DNA of 63,574 bases, counting the filler. It is 12 parts of 12 records of this genome, joined end to end, with 100 filler letters (N's around TTAATTAATTAA, not from the genome) between each part and the next. Parts side by side here need not be neighbours in the genome. Positions count along the whole stretch, not along the records: positions 48,643 to 52,531 come from SRR7504441_7875; positions 52,632 to 56,068 come from SRR7504441_7876; positions 56,169 to 59,935 come from SRR7504441_7878; positions 60,036 to 63,574 come from SRR7504441_7903; 8 more parts are not named here. One strand, 5' to 3'. Of the stretch, positions 48,686 to 60,591 are shown piece by piece (within the stretch, counting starts at the first letter, position 1; each line of letters starts with the position of its first letter). Both the position numbers and the translations under genes were made by a program. The notes under the pieces are model-generated. The model was not told where the DNA came from, did not search any database, and saw only the letters and a program-made list of their open reading frames with translations.

Positions 48686-51600
48686 TCAAAGTTCTTCCGC
48701 AGCGATCCCGACTTCAAAGTCATAAAGCAGTTTGCTTTCCACGTCTCCTATTGGGAGCATCATTGACCACGTCACCTCAAAGCACTTATCTCCCTCCACA
48801 TCCCAAAAACTTGCAACGAGCTCAAGGAGCGGTCCGCGGACATCTTTGACGGATGCGCGCATTTCAAACTCGGCTCCCAGCGCAAGCTCTTTGCTGAAGA
48901 TGGCATTGACTGTGGAAGCAAACAAGAGCCTTTGGAAGTAATGCTCCAAATGGCAGAGTCCTGAGCGGTGCATCAGGAGGTAAATGGCACGTTCGGAGGC
49001 TGGAATGATCTCCCTGACCGTGAAATGTTTGTTGAAATCGCATTGACTCCATTGTACACGAAGACCTGGAATCGACACTTGTTCGTCTAAGTTGATCTTC
49101 TTAGGCGGGTTCCACCAGAATTCAAACACGCCCTCCTGCCAGCACAACTTCAGCTTGGTGTAAATGCCCTGCCTGAGTATGTACAGGACTGCACTCAGTG
49201 CCAAGGCGGGCTTCGTGCCCATGCTAGCCGGTGCGTTCCGTCTAGCATGCCGTGCGTCAACTATCCGCTGCAGGGACTCCTTGTTCACATGCGGAAAGGA
49301 GCCATCGGTACTTGTACTTGAAGCTTGTCCCGACATAAGTTCTCCGATTCGAGAAGCCAAAGCTGGTAGATCTGGAGTTTCAAGCAACAGTGGAGTCGGG
49401 ACTTTAACGCCTAACCGATTCTGCAGTTCAGTTGTCATCTCGATTGACTTCAAGGAGCCGAGTCCATTCTCCAACGGTGAGAGGTCTTGATCGAGTGCGC
49501 CTCCAGTTATGTCTTGCCCCACCTCGAGAACAACGGCGAGCACAGCCTCCGCCCTCTCAGCAGGAGGCAAGAGTGCCAAGCTGGCATGATCAGCACTCCT
49601 GGTGCTTGGATCAGAGCGCACCTTGGTGGATTGCAGCCTCGGGATCTTTTCTGCCACTTTAGTGAGCACCACGTTGCGCATGAAGGCAAACGGTCGGTCA
49701 CGAGCAGAGTGATCGTAGTACACCAGGTTACAGCGCACCGTGGAGGGACTTCGCTCTAGAATCTCGCCAGCAATTCGGCACCGGTAGCAGCGCTCGCTCG
49801 GCCCGTGATCATCCGGCAGGTAGAGCAGAACAACCTCGCCAACTGAAACGGGAATGAAGGTCGCCACTGGGTCAAAAGAGCAGACCACTTGCAGGGCGGA
49901 GTCAAGGACGGCCGGCAGATGGGCTGCCTCCAGAAGGCCGTGAAAGTGGAACCCAGTCCACTGGACTAGCTGGACCGTGGCGAAGCTGTCCGCATACTGC
50001 AACTGCAGGCGATGGCAATGCCTGTAGAACTGGTCAGCGCCCATTGTCTGAATGTGGTTCACGTTCTCTGCTTCGAGTCTGTCCATCTCAGCCCTCATTG
50101 GCGGTGCAGGAGGCAGCTCATCAAAGGCGCTGGTGTCCAATCGGCTGCCAGCTGGGCGGGTAGCCCGCACAAGAGTCTCTCCCTGGTACCTGATGGCGAC
50201 CTTTTGGGGGCTAGTTGCCACCTCCAGCACGAGCGGCTCGTTCATAGGGCTCAAAAAGCGCACATCTGTCAGATGTAGAGCCCCTCCATCAAAGGCAGCC
50301 CACCACTGCTCGCTCAACAGCGTCAGCCATCCTGCTGCAGGTGCTATCTGTTTGTCCATGATGGTATGGCCTGCAAAGCCGCAGGACTTCCAGATATCTG
50401 CCGTGTCGATTCTGGTGACCAGCTTGGCAGTCGAGGCCCGCCAATGGGTGCACAGCTGTATCAATTCATGCATCACTTCTGGGTTGCGCAGGGAGGAGCT
50501 GTCCGCGTCAACACCAGCCAGCAAAAGCTTCAAGGTGGTCCGGGAGACCTTGCCCGTGACAGTCATAGGCAGCGCGCTGTAGGTCAATATGATCTCGGGC
50601 ACCGCGTGCTCCCCCAAAGATGCTTTGATCGCAGCCTTGCAGAGCCCTAGCAGCTCTGAAGCGTCGGGCGTCTGGTCGGCGGAACGAGGTGCGAGCACTG
50701 CAAAGGCCACGGGGGTGTTGCCCTTGATGAAGTCTGGGCCTCCCACAACACCAAGGCCTTTGAGCAGCTCCTGGTCTGCACAGCTCCAGATCACGGCCTC
50801 GATTTCCTCTGTGCCCACCCGATTGCCGTTCACGTTGATCACTTCGTCAGAGCGGCCATGGAAGGTATAACCACCGTCGGCGTGCATTCGAGCGTTATCC
50901 CGAAGCAGGAATGTGTCTCTGGGGAGGCCCTTGGTCTCGCCCGGTAGATAGGTGGATCCATACTTGGCCAGGTCGCCCTTCCAGTCCTCACTGCCGATCC
51001 CGGCAACGTCACCAAACACTGTGCGGCCCATGTACGGATAGGGCCGCGTGATCAATATCTCACCATAGTTGCCGTCAGAGTCCTCGTCTGGCCCGATTGC
51101 CGCCTTGATCCAGGGCAGTGGGTAGCTCTTGGTGTCTGGCACTAACTGCTTTTCCAGAGGCCGAGTGAAGACAATCCCGCCGTGCTCTGTCGCCCAGTAC
51201 GAGTTCATGAAGTTCGGTGTGATGTGCTTGGCCGCAAACCCGTGAACCTCCAAATTGACCGGTTCGGCACAGAAGGTACCGAAGCGCAGCCGGCTCAACT
51301 CGTATTGCGAGAGCTGTTGGATTTGCTCTGGTGAGTTCATAATCGATCGGATCAAAGCCGACCCGGTCTTGAACAGCGAGACTTTGTGCTCTTGTAGCAG
51401 GCTTGCCCAGCGGAGGGCAGATGGGTAGATCGGGGAACCTTCGAGAAGGACTGATTGCACGCCGCTGATCAGAGGCCCGATTAGCATGTATGATTGGCCT
51501 GTGATCCATCCTGTAGTCCCGATCGTCAATATCGTGTCGGAAGAGTCTGCCTGAAACACCGTACGCATCGTGAGTGCGATCCCGTAGATATAGCCGCCAT

Positions 51601-52464
51601 GCACGTGGACGATCCCCTTCGGCTTGCCTGTAGAGCCGCTGGTGTAGCTAACAAAGAGCGGGTGCTCAGACCGTACCGGGACTGCGGGGCAGACCCGCCA
51701 GACGTGTGCAGCCAGCTCAGCATCGGTGAGCGAGTCTGGACAGTCAACGGAGCTCAGGTCCCACGCGGGCAGTGCCAAGATCCGGCTCTCGTCCACCAGA
51801 CCCTTGAGGTTGGCGGCACACTGGATCTCTTTCCCTCCTTGGAGGGTCGGATGCGCGCTACTGATCAGCAACTGCGGCTGCAAATCCTCCACTCGATATT
51901 TGAGTGCAGAAATCGGCTGCTCCGCGGTGGTGGCCGAGTAGATCACACCGCACCTGCCAGTTACTGTTAGATGCAGTTGGGTGGTGCCGCGCACCGCATC
52001 GCGGCCAGTAGCCAGACCATCTGCTGGATCCCAGTTGGCATATGAACCAACACCCTGTCGCTCGGCTGCAGCCCGAACTCATCGGTCAGCCGGGCTGCCG
52101 CGGCGGCCACGTGCACCGCCAGCTCGCGCCGGCTAATCGAGTGGGCCGGCCGGTCCTCCGCGCACTGAGTGAAGGCGACGGCCAGTCCGTTGCCCTCGAC
52201 CAGGTGCCGGTCGACCAGGTTGAAGCATCCGTTGGTCCAACCGCCCACGAACCAGCCGTAGTACGGCGCCGCCCCGTCGTCGAGCGTGGTGTGCCAGGCC
52301 GACCAGCCCCCCTCGGCGGTTGCCGGCTCAAGACTGGTCGAACAGAAGCGCCAGCCGCCCCAGCAGCCCCGGGCCGTATCGAAGGTCATCCAGCCGTCGT
52401 CTTGAGAGAACCAGTAGAGAGCCGCGGCCGCCGCTCGGTCGTGATCGAACTCGCCGTCCGTCAT
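48686..52464 (-). CDS. Acyl-AMP ligase (ACS/PCS-type) - PKS dehydratase - ACP - hot-dog thioesterase multidomain enzyme (intron 51954-51994)
   Basis: WFVGGWTNGCFNLVDRH, YTSGSTGKPKG, GWITG, CAEPV, NSYWATEHGG, GRSDEVINVNGNR, LPMTVTGK; DH GHTIMDKQIAP and PAVLDSALQ; ACP GLGSL; TE RVQWSQCDFNKH. Confidence 0.88.
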
Positions 52465-52631
52465 GGAGCTCAGACTCACCCTCGTATCTCTTCTCTTGGC
52501 GACGGACGGTTCTTCCCATGGTGCGTTTAATNNNNNNNNNNNNNNNNNNNNNNNNNNNNNNNNNNNNNNNNNNNNTTAATTAATTAANNNNNNNNNNNNN
52601 NNNNNNNNNNNNNNNNNNNNNNNNNNNNNNN

Positions 52632-53231
52632 CGCATCAAACACCACGTGGGCAGGGTCATTGGGCGACTTGAGATAGGCCGACACTTGGACGTCCGCGTT
52701 GGCTGTCAAGTCCCATTCGAACGTGTGAGACCCCACGCCAGCACAAAGCCCAACTGCGGTGGCAAGACCCACGCACACAATGATTTGTATCGTGTTGTTG
52801 TGCGAGAACAGCCGCACAGTCACGCCGCTGAGTATCACGAAGAAGAACGTCACCGTCCCAAACAGCGCGATCGCGTCCCACCGGCCGGCTTGGGTCTGGG
52901 TCTGATCGAACGAGCAAAGGTCGACCGCCGCCTTCAAATAGTTTCGCCGGCCCGAGCTCTGCCCGAGGTCGTCAAACTTAGCCCGGGTGCCGCCGCCGTG
53001 GGTGATGAATTGCCGTGTGTGACGCGTGATGAGCTCCGCCGGCTGCGGCTGGCCCGTGCACTGGGACCGGCAGAGCCGGCCGGACCACTCGTACCCCACG
53101 CCCCAGTTCTGCGGCCGCTTGGTCCCAGACAATGCTGCTGGCGTCTCCGGGCCCCAGCCGATGCTGCTTGGTCCCGGAGGCAGCAGCGGTTCTTCGGCCG
53201 GTCGCCCCCCAAACGTTCCATAAGCCGCCAT
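52632..53231 (-). CDS. 5' part of a membrane protein (2 TM helices visible)
   Basis: MAAYGT...EEPLL N-tail, then AIALFGTVTFFFVILSGV and IIVCVGLATAVGLCAGV; cut by linker. Confidence 0.55.
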
Positions 53232-53387
53232 GCAGCCTAACTGCACCCGTTCCTCCTTCCGAAATCGAACACAAATTTTGGGAAATTTGCCCAACCGCTG
53301 AGCCTCGCCGGATACAGTTGGCTTGGCGGCTTGGGCGCGGGCGCGTGCATAGCCTGAGTCTAGGTCTGTACTAGACGACGCCGAGCC

Positions 53388-53671
53388 TTGCACACACGCG
53401 AATTGAGTCGATTGATCACACATAACCTAGAGTGTACGTACAATACCGTGCGCGTGCGGTTGATACCGACAACGAGGACTCAACCTCGCGCTGCTCGGCC
53501 ACTAGCAAAGCGCGAGAGCGACCAGGTGTGCCCACTGCCGGCGGGCCGGAGCGGTGCGGGCAGTTCGGAGAGCTGTTGCAGAGTCCAGAGAAAATGGACA
53601 AGCTGTACGAGAAGCTGATTCAGGAACAGACCCTGCCGCCCAAGGCGCCGCCCGGACCGAGGGTCAAGTGA
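53388..53671 (+). CDS. Possible small spliced gene, start codon not identified
   Basis: A typical 38-nt GTGTGCCC...GGGCAG intron joins AKRESDQ to FGELLQSPEKMDKLYEKLI...*. Confidence 0.3.
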
Positions 53672-54075
53672 CACTCCTCTTATGATCCTCTTATTACTCC
53701 GAGGCGAGCACAACGATTGCATGGATAGAAGATTTGTGCACCGGACAGTCTGAGATCATCGCTTGATGAATGTGAGACGGCGGTGCATGAATACATGTGT
53801 TATAAAGCTCATGCGTACTCGTATTGTTCGTGTCAGATGCTGATTATCGTACGAGCGAGGTCGAAGATCTCTTGGACTCCCAGGCAGCTCCCGGACTCAA
53901 GGACCATCAATCCTAGTAAACCATTTTGTAGCTAAGAACCAGATCATGCACTGATTGATCTTCGGATCCGCACTGAGCATGGGACATCGATAATATAATA
54001 CTTGTAATACGAGTACTTGAGTACCTCTCATCAGCTGATCAGGCCGGTGTCGAACTTTTTTGTGCGGTGTGGAAA

Positions 54076-54533
54076 ATGCTCGGTGCAGCAGTTCGGATGA
54101 CCGCGACGGTGCGGCGGCCTCCCTTCTGTGACTGTTCCAATCTGCTGGCCCGGACGATGTGCACTGCCCCGCCCGACGACAAGCCCCGGCCAAAGACTGG
54201 ATTCAAGCAGATGATGGCGCAGTACGGGCCAGTGTTCCTAGTTTATTGGACCGGGCTGTGGGCAGCAAACCTCGGTCTGGTGTATGGGACCATAGAGTAC
54301 TCCGGGATGGTAGACACGCTCGTGCTGCTCCAGTATACTGGCTTGGACAGCCACGTGAGCCCCGGCGCCGGGAACCTAGCGGCTGCGGTGGCGCTGAACG
54401 AAGGGCTAGAAGTGGCCAGGTTTCCTTTCACAGTGGCCACCACCCCCGCGGTGCCGGCTGGGCAGGGGCATGAGCGGATGGCCTGGTGCAGGTGGCTCGG
54501 TGGTGGCGGGAGCGCCAGGCGAAAGTGAGCTGA
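54076..54533 (+). CDS. FAM210/DUF1279-family mitochondrial membrane protein (1 intron)
   Basis: FKQMMAQYGPVFLVYW...GNLAAAVALNEGLEVARFPFTVATTPA/VARWW; presequence-like N-terminus. Confidence 0.8.
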
Positions 54534-54672
54534 GGGTGCAATGACATGGGCTAGTAGATCGGCAAGTGTCCCGGCGTACTCGTACGCAATAATCAATTAA
54601 TAATCAATTTACGCTAAACCATTGCACAGCCTTAGGTGCGTACTTTATATAATCTGTGCAGCTGTGCTAGGC

Positions 54673-56040
54673 TTAGAGCTCACCCATGGCTAGCTTGGCC
54701 ACAGCTCGCTTGGCCGGGCCGACAGCATCGAGCACGCCCATCCCAACACTGCGCGCTACTACCCAAGGCTTCCAGCCCACCGCAAAGCTCACCTTGAGCC
54801 CGTGCAGCAGCATGGTCATCGCCGCGTTCGCTGGGGCCCGCGCCGCCTCGTACTGCTCCAAGGTCATCTCCACGTCGCCTACGTCCAGTCCTAGCTCAGC
54901 TGAGCGAGCGACAATCTCCGCGAGTTTCTCAGCATCGGCCACTCCCAGGTTGAGCCCCTGTCCGGCTAGTGGGTGCACGGTGTGCGCGGCATCGCCCATC
55001 AGCGCCAGCCGCGGCGCCACGAGCTTGCCTGCCACCCTGCAGACGGTGAGCAACACTCAGCAGCAATCTTCACCCGGCCTTGAGTGGAAACCCAGCGATC
55101 GGACTGGCCAGCCCTGTGACGGCTGGGGGCGATTCACAGGCTGGCCCTCGGATCAGCGCGGCCCGGCGCCGGGCTTGCCTTCCGGGAGAGCTTCGTTCAG
55201 CGTGCTGTTGAGCGTATGAACAAATTGATCAGGCTCGAGCGCCTTTATCCGCGCGGCATCCTTCACCCCTGTGGACCAGACGATCGAACTGAGCCCCTCC
55301 GGGGCCGGGAGCAGCGCCAGGACCCCGCGGTCGTCCGGCAAGAACCGTTGCCAAGCCGTCTGGTGCGGCCGGTCTGTCTTGACAGTCGCCACCACGCCCA
55401 TTTGACCGTAGCTCATCTCGAAGGAGCCCAGACCACCCGGAGCCTTGGCTGCCGAGTTCCATCCGTCCGCGGCCACCACCAGCCGCGCCCGCACGTCCCG
55501 CTGTGGCTGGCCCTCGGCCGCCACGCTCACTACAGCCGCATCCTCTTCAAACCCAATCTTCAGACACTTAGTCTCAGAGAGCAACTCCACCCGGCTCGCC
55601 CGCAGCGCATCGTGCAGCGAGCCCTGCCCGCGCTCAGCCAGCGCCGGGCCCGCCGGCTGCCTGCATCACGGAGTTTTCGATCACGTACCCCAGCGCAGGC
55701 TCCCCGACATCCTCCGCATCAAACCTGCACACCGGCTCAACTGACGCCCCGGCGCCACGGCGCACCGCACGGCCCCACCGCCGGCCCCGTCCCACACCTG
55801 CATCGCGGTGAAGTCGGCAAGCCGCTGCTGGTCCTCGATCGCGTCCCAGGCCCCGGCGTCTGACCGATCGCTCAGCTTGCACGGCGGCACGGGCACCCTG
55901 CAGAGCACCGACGGAGGATGGAGCCACCGCCGAGACCCGAATGTCAATCGCCTTGCCCATCGGTCCGGCCAGTGACGGCGACTTGCCCGCTTCGAGCACG
56001 CCGATCCGTAAGTCGGCCGCCCCGGGCCGCTCGGCTGCCC
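54673..56040 (-). CDS. COQ6: Ubiquinone biosynthesis FAD monooxygenase (5' truncated, multi-intron)
   Basis: RVSA, MQVWD, LGYVIEN, LVVAADGWNS, YGQMGVVA, AWQRFLP, SIVWS, GDAAHTVHPLAGQGLNLG. Confidence 0.9.
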
Positions 56041-56168
56041 GAGGCTCTCAGCCCCCCCCCCCCCCCCCNNNNNNNNNNNNNNNNNNNNNNNNNNNNNNNN
56101 NNNNNNNNNNNNTTAATTAATTAANNNNNNNNNNNNNNNNNNNNNNNNNNNNNNNNNNNNNNNNNNNN

Positions 56169-56291
56169 GGCATCCCGGGCGAACTCGGCGCGCATCGCCG
56201 CCTTGGCCGACTCCAACTCGGCCGCTGCTCGCGCCGGGGCGGCCTCTGGGGTCGGTGGCTCGCTCCCTGTGCAGGGCTGGCACCGGTGCAT
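56169..56291 (-). CDS. 5' fragment of a gene divergent from the coiled-coil/EF-hand gene
   Basis: ATG at 56291 followed by a GTGCCAG donor and Ala/Glu-rich coding-like sequence; cut by linker. Confidence 0.35.
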
Positions 56292-56334
56292 TTCTTTGGT
56301 GTCCAGAAAGTCCGTTGTGTAATAACGGCAATCA

Positions 56335-58408
56335 ATGCCAGCGAGCCCCGAGGATGCGTATGCGGCCACGCGCTACTGGAGCGCCTCGCCCGAATTTGAC
56401 ATCTCGCAGCTGATCGACGAGCCAACGGACACCAACGGACACCAGCCGGCCCCAGCCAGCCCCCTGGCTCAGGCGGCGGAGACCAAGGCAAGCACCGGAG
56501 GGCTGGGCTGACTAATCGGGCAGCTTGGGACGTGGCACAAGGAGTTAGTCCAGACGGTCCGATCACTCGACGGCGCCGCACGTGATTCGGCCGACCGGGC
56601 AGCCCGCCCACCGGCCGGCCGTGTGAACGGTGGGGCAGTTGGCGGCCGCCGAATGCCGAGAGGCCCAGCTGAAGGGTCGGTTGGAAGCGGCGGCGAGGCG
56701 GGAAAGTGATTTAACGGAAGATCTTGCGGACAGGCAGCGGCAGCTGGAGGCTTGCCAAGCCGAGCTCCGGCTGACCAGGGAGAAGGCGGCGGCCGATGCG
56801 AGTGCGGTGCGCTGTAGGGGGTCCCTTGGTGGGCTGAGATGCGGCAGTTGGCAGGGGGGCTGTGCAGGCAGCCGCTGCTGGCCCAATTGCGGTGGGCAAC
56901 CCGTCAGTGCGAGTGTGAAGCGCTGGTGGGGCTGGTGGAGGCTGCAGGGGCGATGGAGAGGCCAGCAGATGGCTCGCAGACCGAGCATCAGTCGAGGCGA
57001 CTGCTCGAGATTTTAAACCGGCTAGGAATTAGCGAGCCGGCCACAGTGATTGTGGACAGCCAGCTCGGAGTAGTCCGTGCTGAGCCCAGATCTGTGGACA
57101 GCAGCGTTCTGTTGCTGGACAGGGCACTCTGTGAGGTGACCTCTCAGGCGGAGGAGAAAGTGCGTTCAGCACTGGCGCTTAGAGCCGACCTTGAGGCCAA
57201 GCATGCGGCTGAGGAGCTACTGACAGCGCGGAAGGAGCTTCAGTACAGCTCGGCGCTGCACAGAGGCGAGCTGGAGGCCCTGGGTAGGCAGTTAGAGGCC
57301 GGGCAAGTTCAGATGGCAGAGCTCGAGAGGTCTGCCAAAGCGGCCAGGCGCAAGGCCGATTTGGATGCGAGGACCGCCGCTGATCAGTTGCAGGAGATGA
57401 AAAGCGAGCTCCAGCGCAGCAAGGCGCAGGCCGAGCAGGCTGCAAGGGCACAAGGTAGAGAGATGCAGCACAGCAAGGCGCAGACCGAGCAGGCTGCGAG
57501 GGCACAAGCCGGGGCAGCAAGGGCACACAAGCTGCGAGCGGTGTTCAGTTTATTCGATCTTGATGGCTCGGGCTGGGTCGAAGCGAATGAGCTGCTCGAG
57601 CTGGGCAAGGCCCGGCGAGAGCTCGGACAGAAGCAAGGCGAGTGGACTGAGGTCAAGAACAGGCGGTTGATTCAACGAATGGACACCAACGGGGACGGCA
57701 AGGTATGCGCGCAGGAGTTTGTAAAATTCTTTGACGGAGCTCTGACCAGGGATAGTGAGCAGTTTGGTACCCAGATAGAATTGTTCAGACAAGTCGCCCG
57801 ATCGTGCCGTGAGCGCAAGGCCAAGCCTGCTGCGGGCAAGGCTGCAGTTAGGGCTGGCAGCAACCCGTCGACTCCCAGAGTGCCGGATGGGCTAGAGGAG
57901 AGGTTCGACCGTGCACACCGCTCACCACGACCGTCAACGGCAAACGCTGCAGAGGAAGCCAAGTGGAGAGAGCGGGAGGAGAAGGCCAAGTATAAGGCGG
58001 CTGCACGGGAGGAGAAAATGGACAAAGTGACTACAAGGGCTGCACTGGTGCGAGCAGTCCGGACGCGGGATGGACTACCTCAGGCAATTCGAGCGGGCGA
58101 GGCTGCGGGGCTTGCGCCTGAAGTGCTGAACGAGGCCAGGAAGGCAGTGAAATCTCCGGGGTAGCTGCCAAATTTGTGGCCTAGAATGGCTGAGCCCAGA
58201 TGATTGTGGCAGGAAAGCAGTGACAGTTCCTAAGTTGAACTTGCCCGCTAAAAGTCCTCCCAAACAAGCAAGTCCTACAAGGGAGGCAGCCGAGGCTGAG
58301 ATGTGGCGGAAAGATCTGAACAAAGCTAAACAAGCCTCGGCGGCCAAGGCGAGGCAGTGCACGGATGCTCGATATAAGCAACTCAAAAAGACCTTTGGCG
58401 AGCTTTGA
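56335..58408 (+). CDS. Coiled-coil protein with an EF-hand pair (4 introns)
   Basis: Introns 56488-56523 (GC), 56599-56638 (GC), about 56807-56847 and 58161-58212 give one frame; EF loops DLDGSGWVEANE and DTNGDGKVCAQE; 54-nt internal duplication near 57412-57520. Confidence 0.75.
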
Positions 58409-58666
58409 GAGTCCACGGACCCCAGAAGAGGTGCAAATCAGTTCACAAGTTTGGACACAACTAGTTCACCATTAATTAGCTTCACTGTCGGTACGATTAC
58501 GCGTAGGCGAGGTAGATCCACTACCGTTTAATAGGTATTAAGCTCGATCACCAAGAGCAACAGGTCTAAACTAAACCTAAGCGCAGTATATGCGCGCTAT
58601 CTAGATAAGCCAGCTAAAGTCCATTAATATACCATTAATACTGTGGGTCCCCTTCAGTCGCTAAAA

Positions 58667-59661
58667 ATGGCGTTTACCCCGTCGCAAGTCGGTGGGGTGC
58701 CTGTTCTAGTGTTCTAGGGAGCAGCGACGAATGCGTTAACTTGTACACGACAATCTGGGGTGACATCAAAGCCGGGATTTGCATATTCCGGATGACTTGG
58801 AACACAGAGGCGGGAGAACTACCCGCGAATGACGACTTTCTCTATATGACGCGCCCAGGTGCGGCGCATTGGTCCCATTTCCGAACATCCGATGGCGGCC
58901 ACACACATTACGGCTTTGAATGGGAGGATGGGAGCAGAGTTGCGATGCGCGATGCGTTTACCGGTGACATCACCGATGAAATGGCGTCATCTGCCGCATT
59001 TGCGATGGGTGAACTCCCCGCTGGCACAGGGGCGCGAGGCACGCCGTTGGGGATGGCAATGGTCCATGCAGGCGAGAATCCGCCAGATTTCATCGAACAG
59101 ATGCCAGCGTTTGAAGACAATGCCCGTCACATCTACGCCGTGCGTGTTCAGTCGTTGGTGGGGAACCACATCGCATCCGCGCCATTCACTGCGGCGACCG
59201 AAAGAATAATGAGAATGTTCCAGTCACCCCAGCCACCCACAGCAATGTCCCACTATCTCCCGATCAGGCCAGGTGACCCTACCCCCGGCGGGCCGGTTTT
59301 AGCGGCCAGAGAAAGATGGTTGAGTCTACGTTCGCTACCGGTCTGCAACTTTGAACCGGAGATGCAATTGACCAATGATCCAATCGAACCCCAGCTGTTT
59401 TCGCGTGCAGTCGGCCCCGCGGTGGCAATAGTCGGCAGGTTAATCCTGACGGACCAAGGCGCGAACACAAGGCGGTGTAGCGGCACGTGGGTCACACCAG
59501 CGGCAGCGGGGGGAGGGGAGAGGATTATCGCAAACACACCCTCCCGATTTGTGATGACCTTGTCCTCCTGTCTACAACTTGCGGCAGGAGGCATCGCGAC
59601 GCATGCCCAGTTCTCCCAGAACTCATGCCACAAAAACTTACCTTGCGGTCCGAGCGTATAG
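58667..59661 (+). CDS. Hypothetical protein ending in the start of a degenerate trypsin-like domain; apparently truncated
   Basis: ATG 58667 plus a 44-nt intron (58681-58724) opens ORF 58741; VGRLIL..RCSGTWV..FVMTLSSCL resembles CSGxLI...VLTAAHC without the His. Confidence 0.5.
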
Positions 59662-59935
59662 ATCATGCCCCCGTCGCCTAGTCTTGTCATCACGTGGTGG
59701 ATGTCGTTGCCTTCGATCACATTGTCTGCGTCCCAAGGCATCCGCGGCCAAGTTTTCTCTTGCGCAAAGCTCCAGCCCCAGCCAACAGAAATCCCGGTGT
59801 AAGGCACATCAGAGATCTGATTGTGCAGCAATCGGAGCCCCCGGCTGTAAAACGCTGTGATCCCAGCGTTACCTGCCACCGAGCGCTCTCAGCCACAATC
59901 ACGTGGGCTCGGCCGCTCTCAGGCCACAGATTTGT
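59642..59935 (-). CDS. Internal exon(s) of a right-handed beta-helix glycan-active protein
   Basis: HNQISDVPYTGISVGWGW...NVIEGNDIHHVMTRLGDGGMIYTLGPQ, then a GTAAGT donor. Confidence 0.75.
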
Positions 59936-60035
59936 NNNNNNNNNNNNNNNNNNNNNNNNNNNNNNNNNNNNNNNNNNNNTTAATTAATTAANNNNNNNNN
60001 NNNNNNNNNNNNNNNNNNNNNNNNNNNNNNNNNNN

Positions 60036-60475
60036 CTCAGCTACACCATGTGGCCGAAAAGGCCTTGGAACGCTCTGTGCGATAGGGTGTGCTACGAGGT
60101 GCCACCCGACTAATGCGAGTTGAGCGGTTGGCCAGATCCAGTGCGACAATCGGTTCAACCACGGGAACATCAAATGTGTGGGCTCGAACAAGAAGGTACA
60201 GATTGTGGACAAAATGATGTCAGCGGGCATACACCCCCCAGAGGATACGGTGCGCACCTTTGATCTCACCACCCAGCTGTTCACGGATATGATCGAAGCC
60301 GACCCTCCAAACGACCATCTGATTCAAGGCATGTGCGGCGGTGGCGGCACATTCGGTGTCAAGTACAGGAAGGTCAGCTGTTAGCAAATGCTGATGCTTG
60401 CTCGTGTATCAGACACACGCGCGGACATGCAAAGTTATGGCACTATGCGAACAGCATAAACTTGTCAACAGTTAG
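60036..60475 (+). CDS. Expansin/RlpA-like double-psi beta-barrel protein, 3' part (2 introns)
   Basis: CDRVCYE/IQC...VQIVD...TFDLTTQLF..GTFGVKYRK pattern. Confidence 0.6.
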
Positions 60476-60591
60476 TGCTATGAGCCCTCCCCAAGTCCCG
60501 CATGAGTAGCATGTACATGTGAGAACGTAGGTAAACAATAGAAACTACGGGGTTGGTATGAGACTAAATTATAGCTATGAATGCTCAGTAC

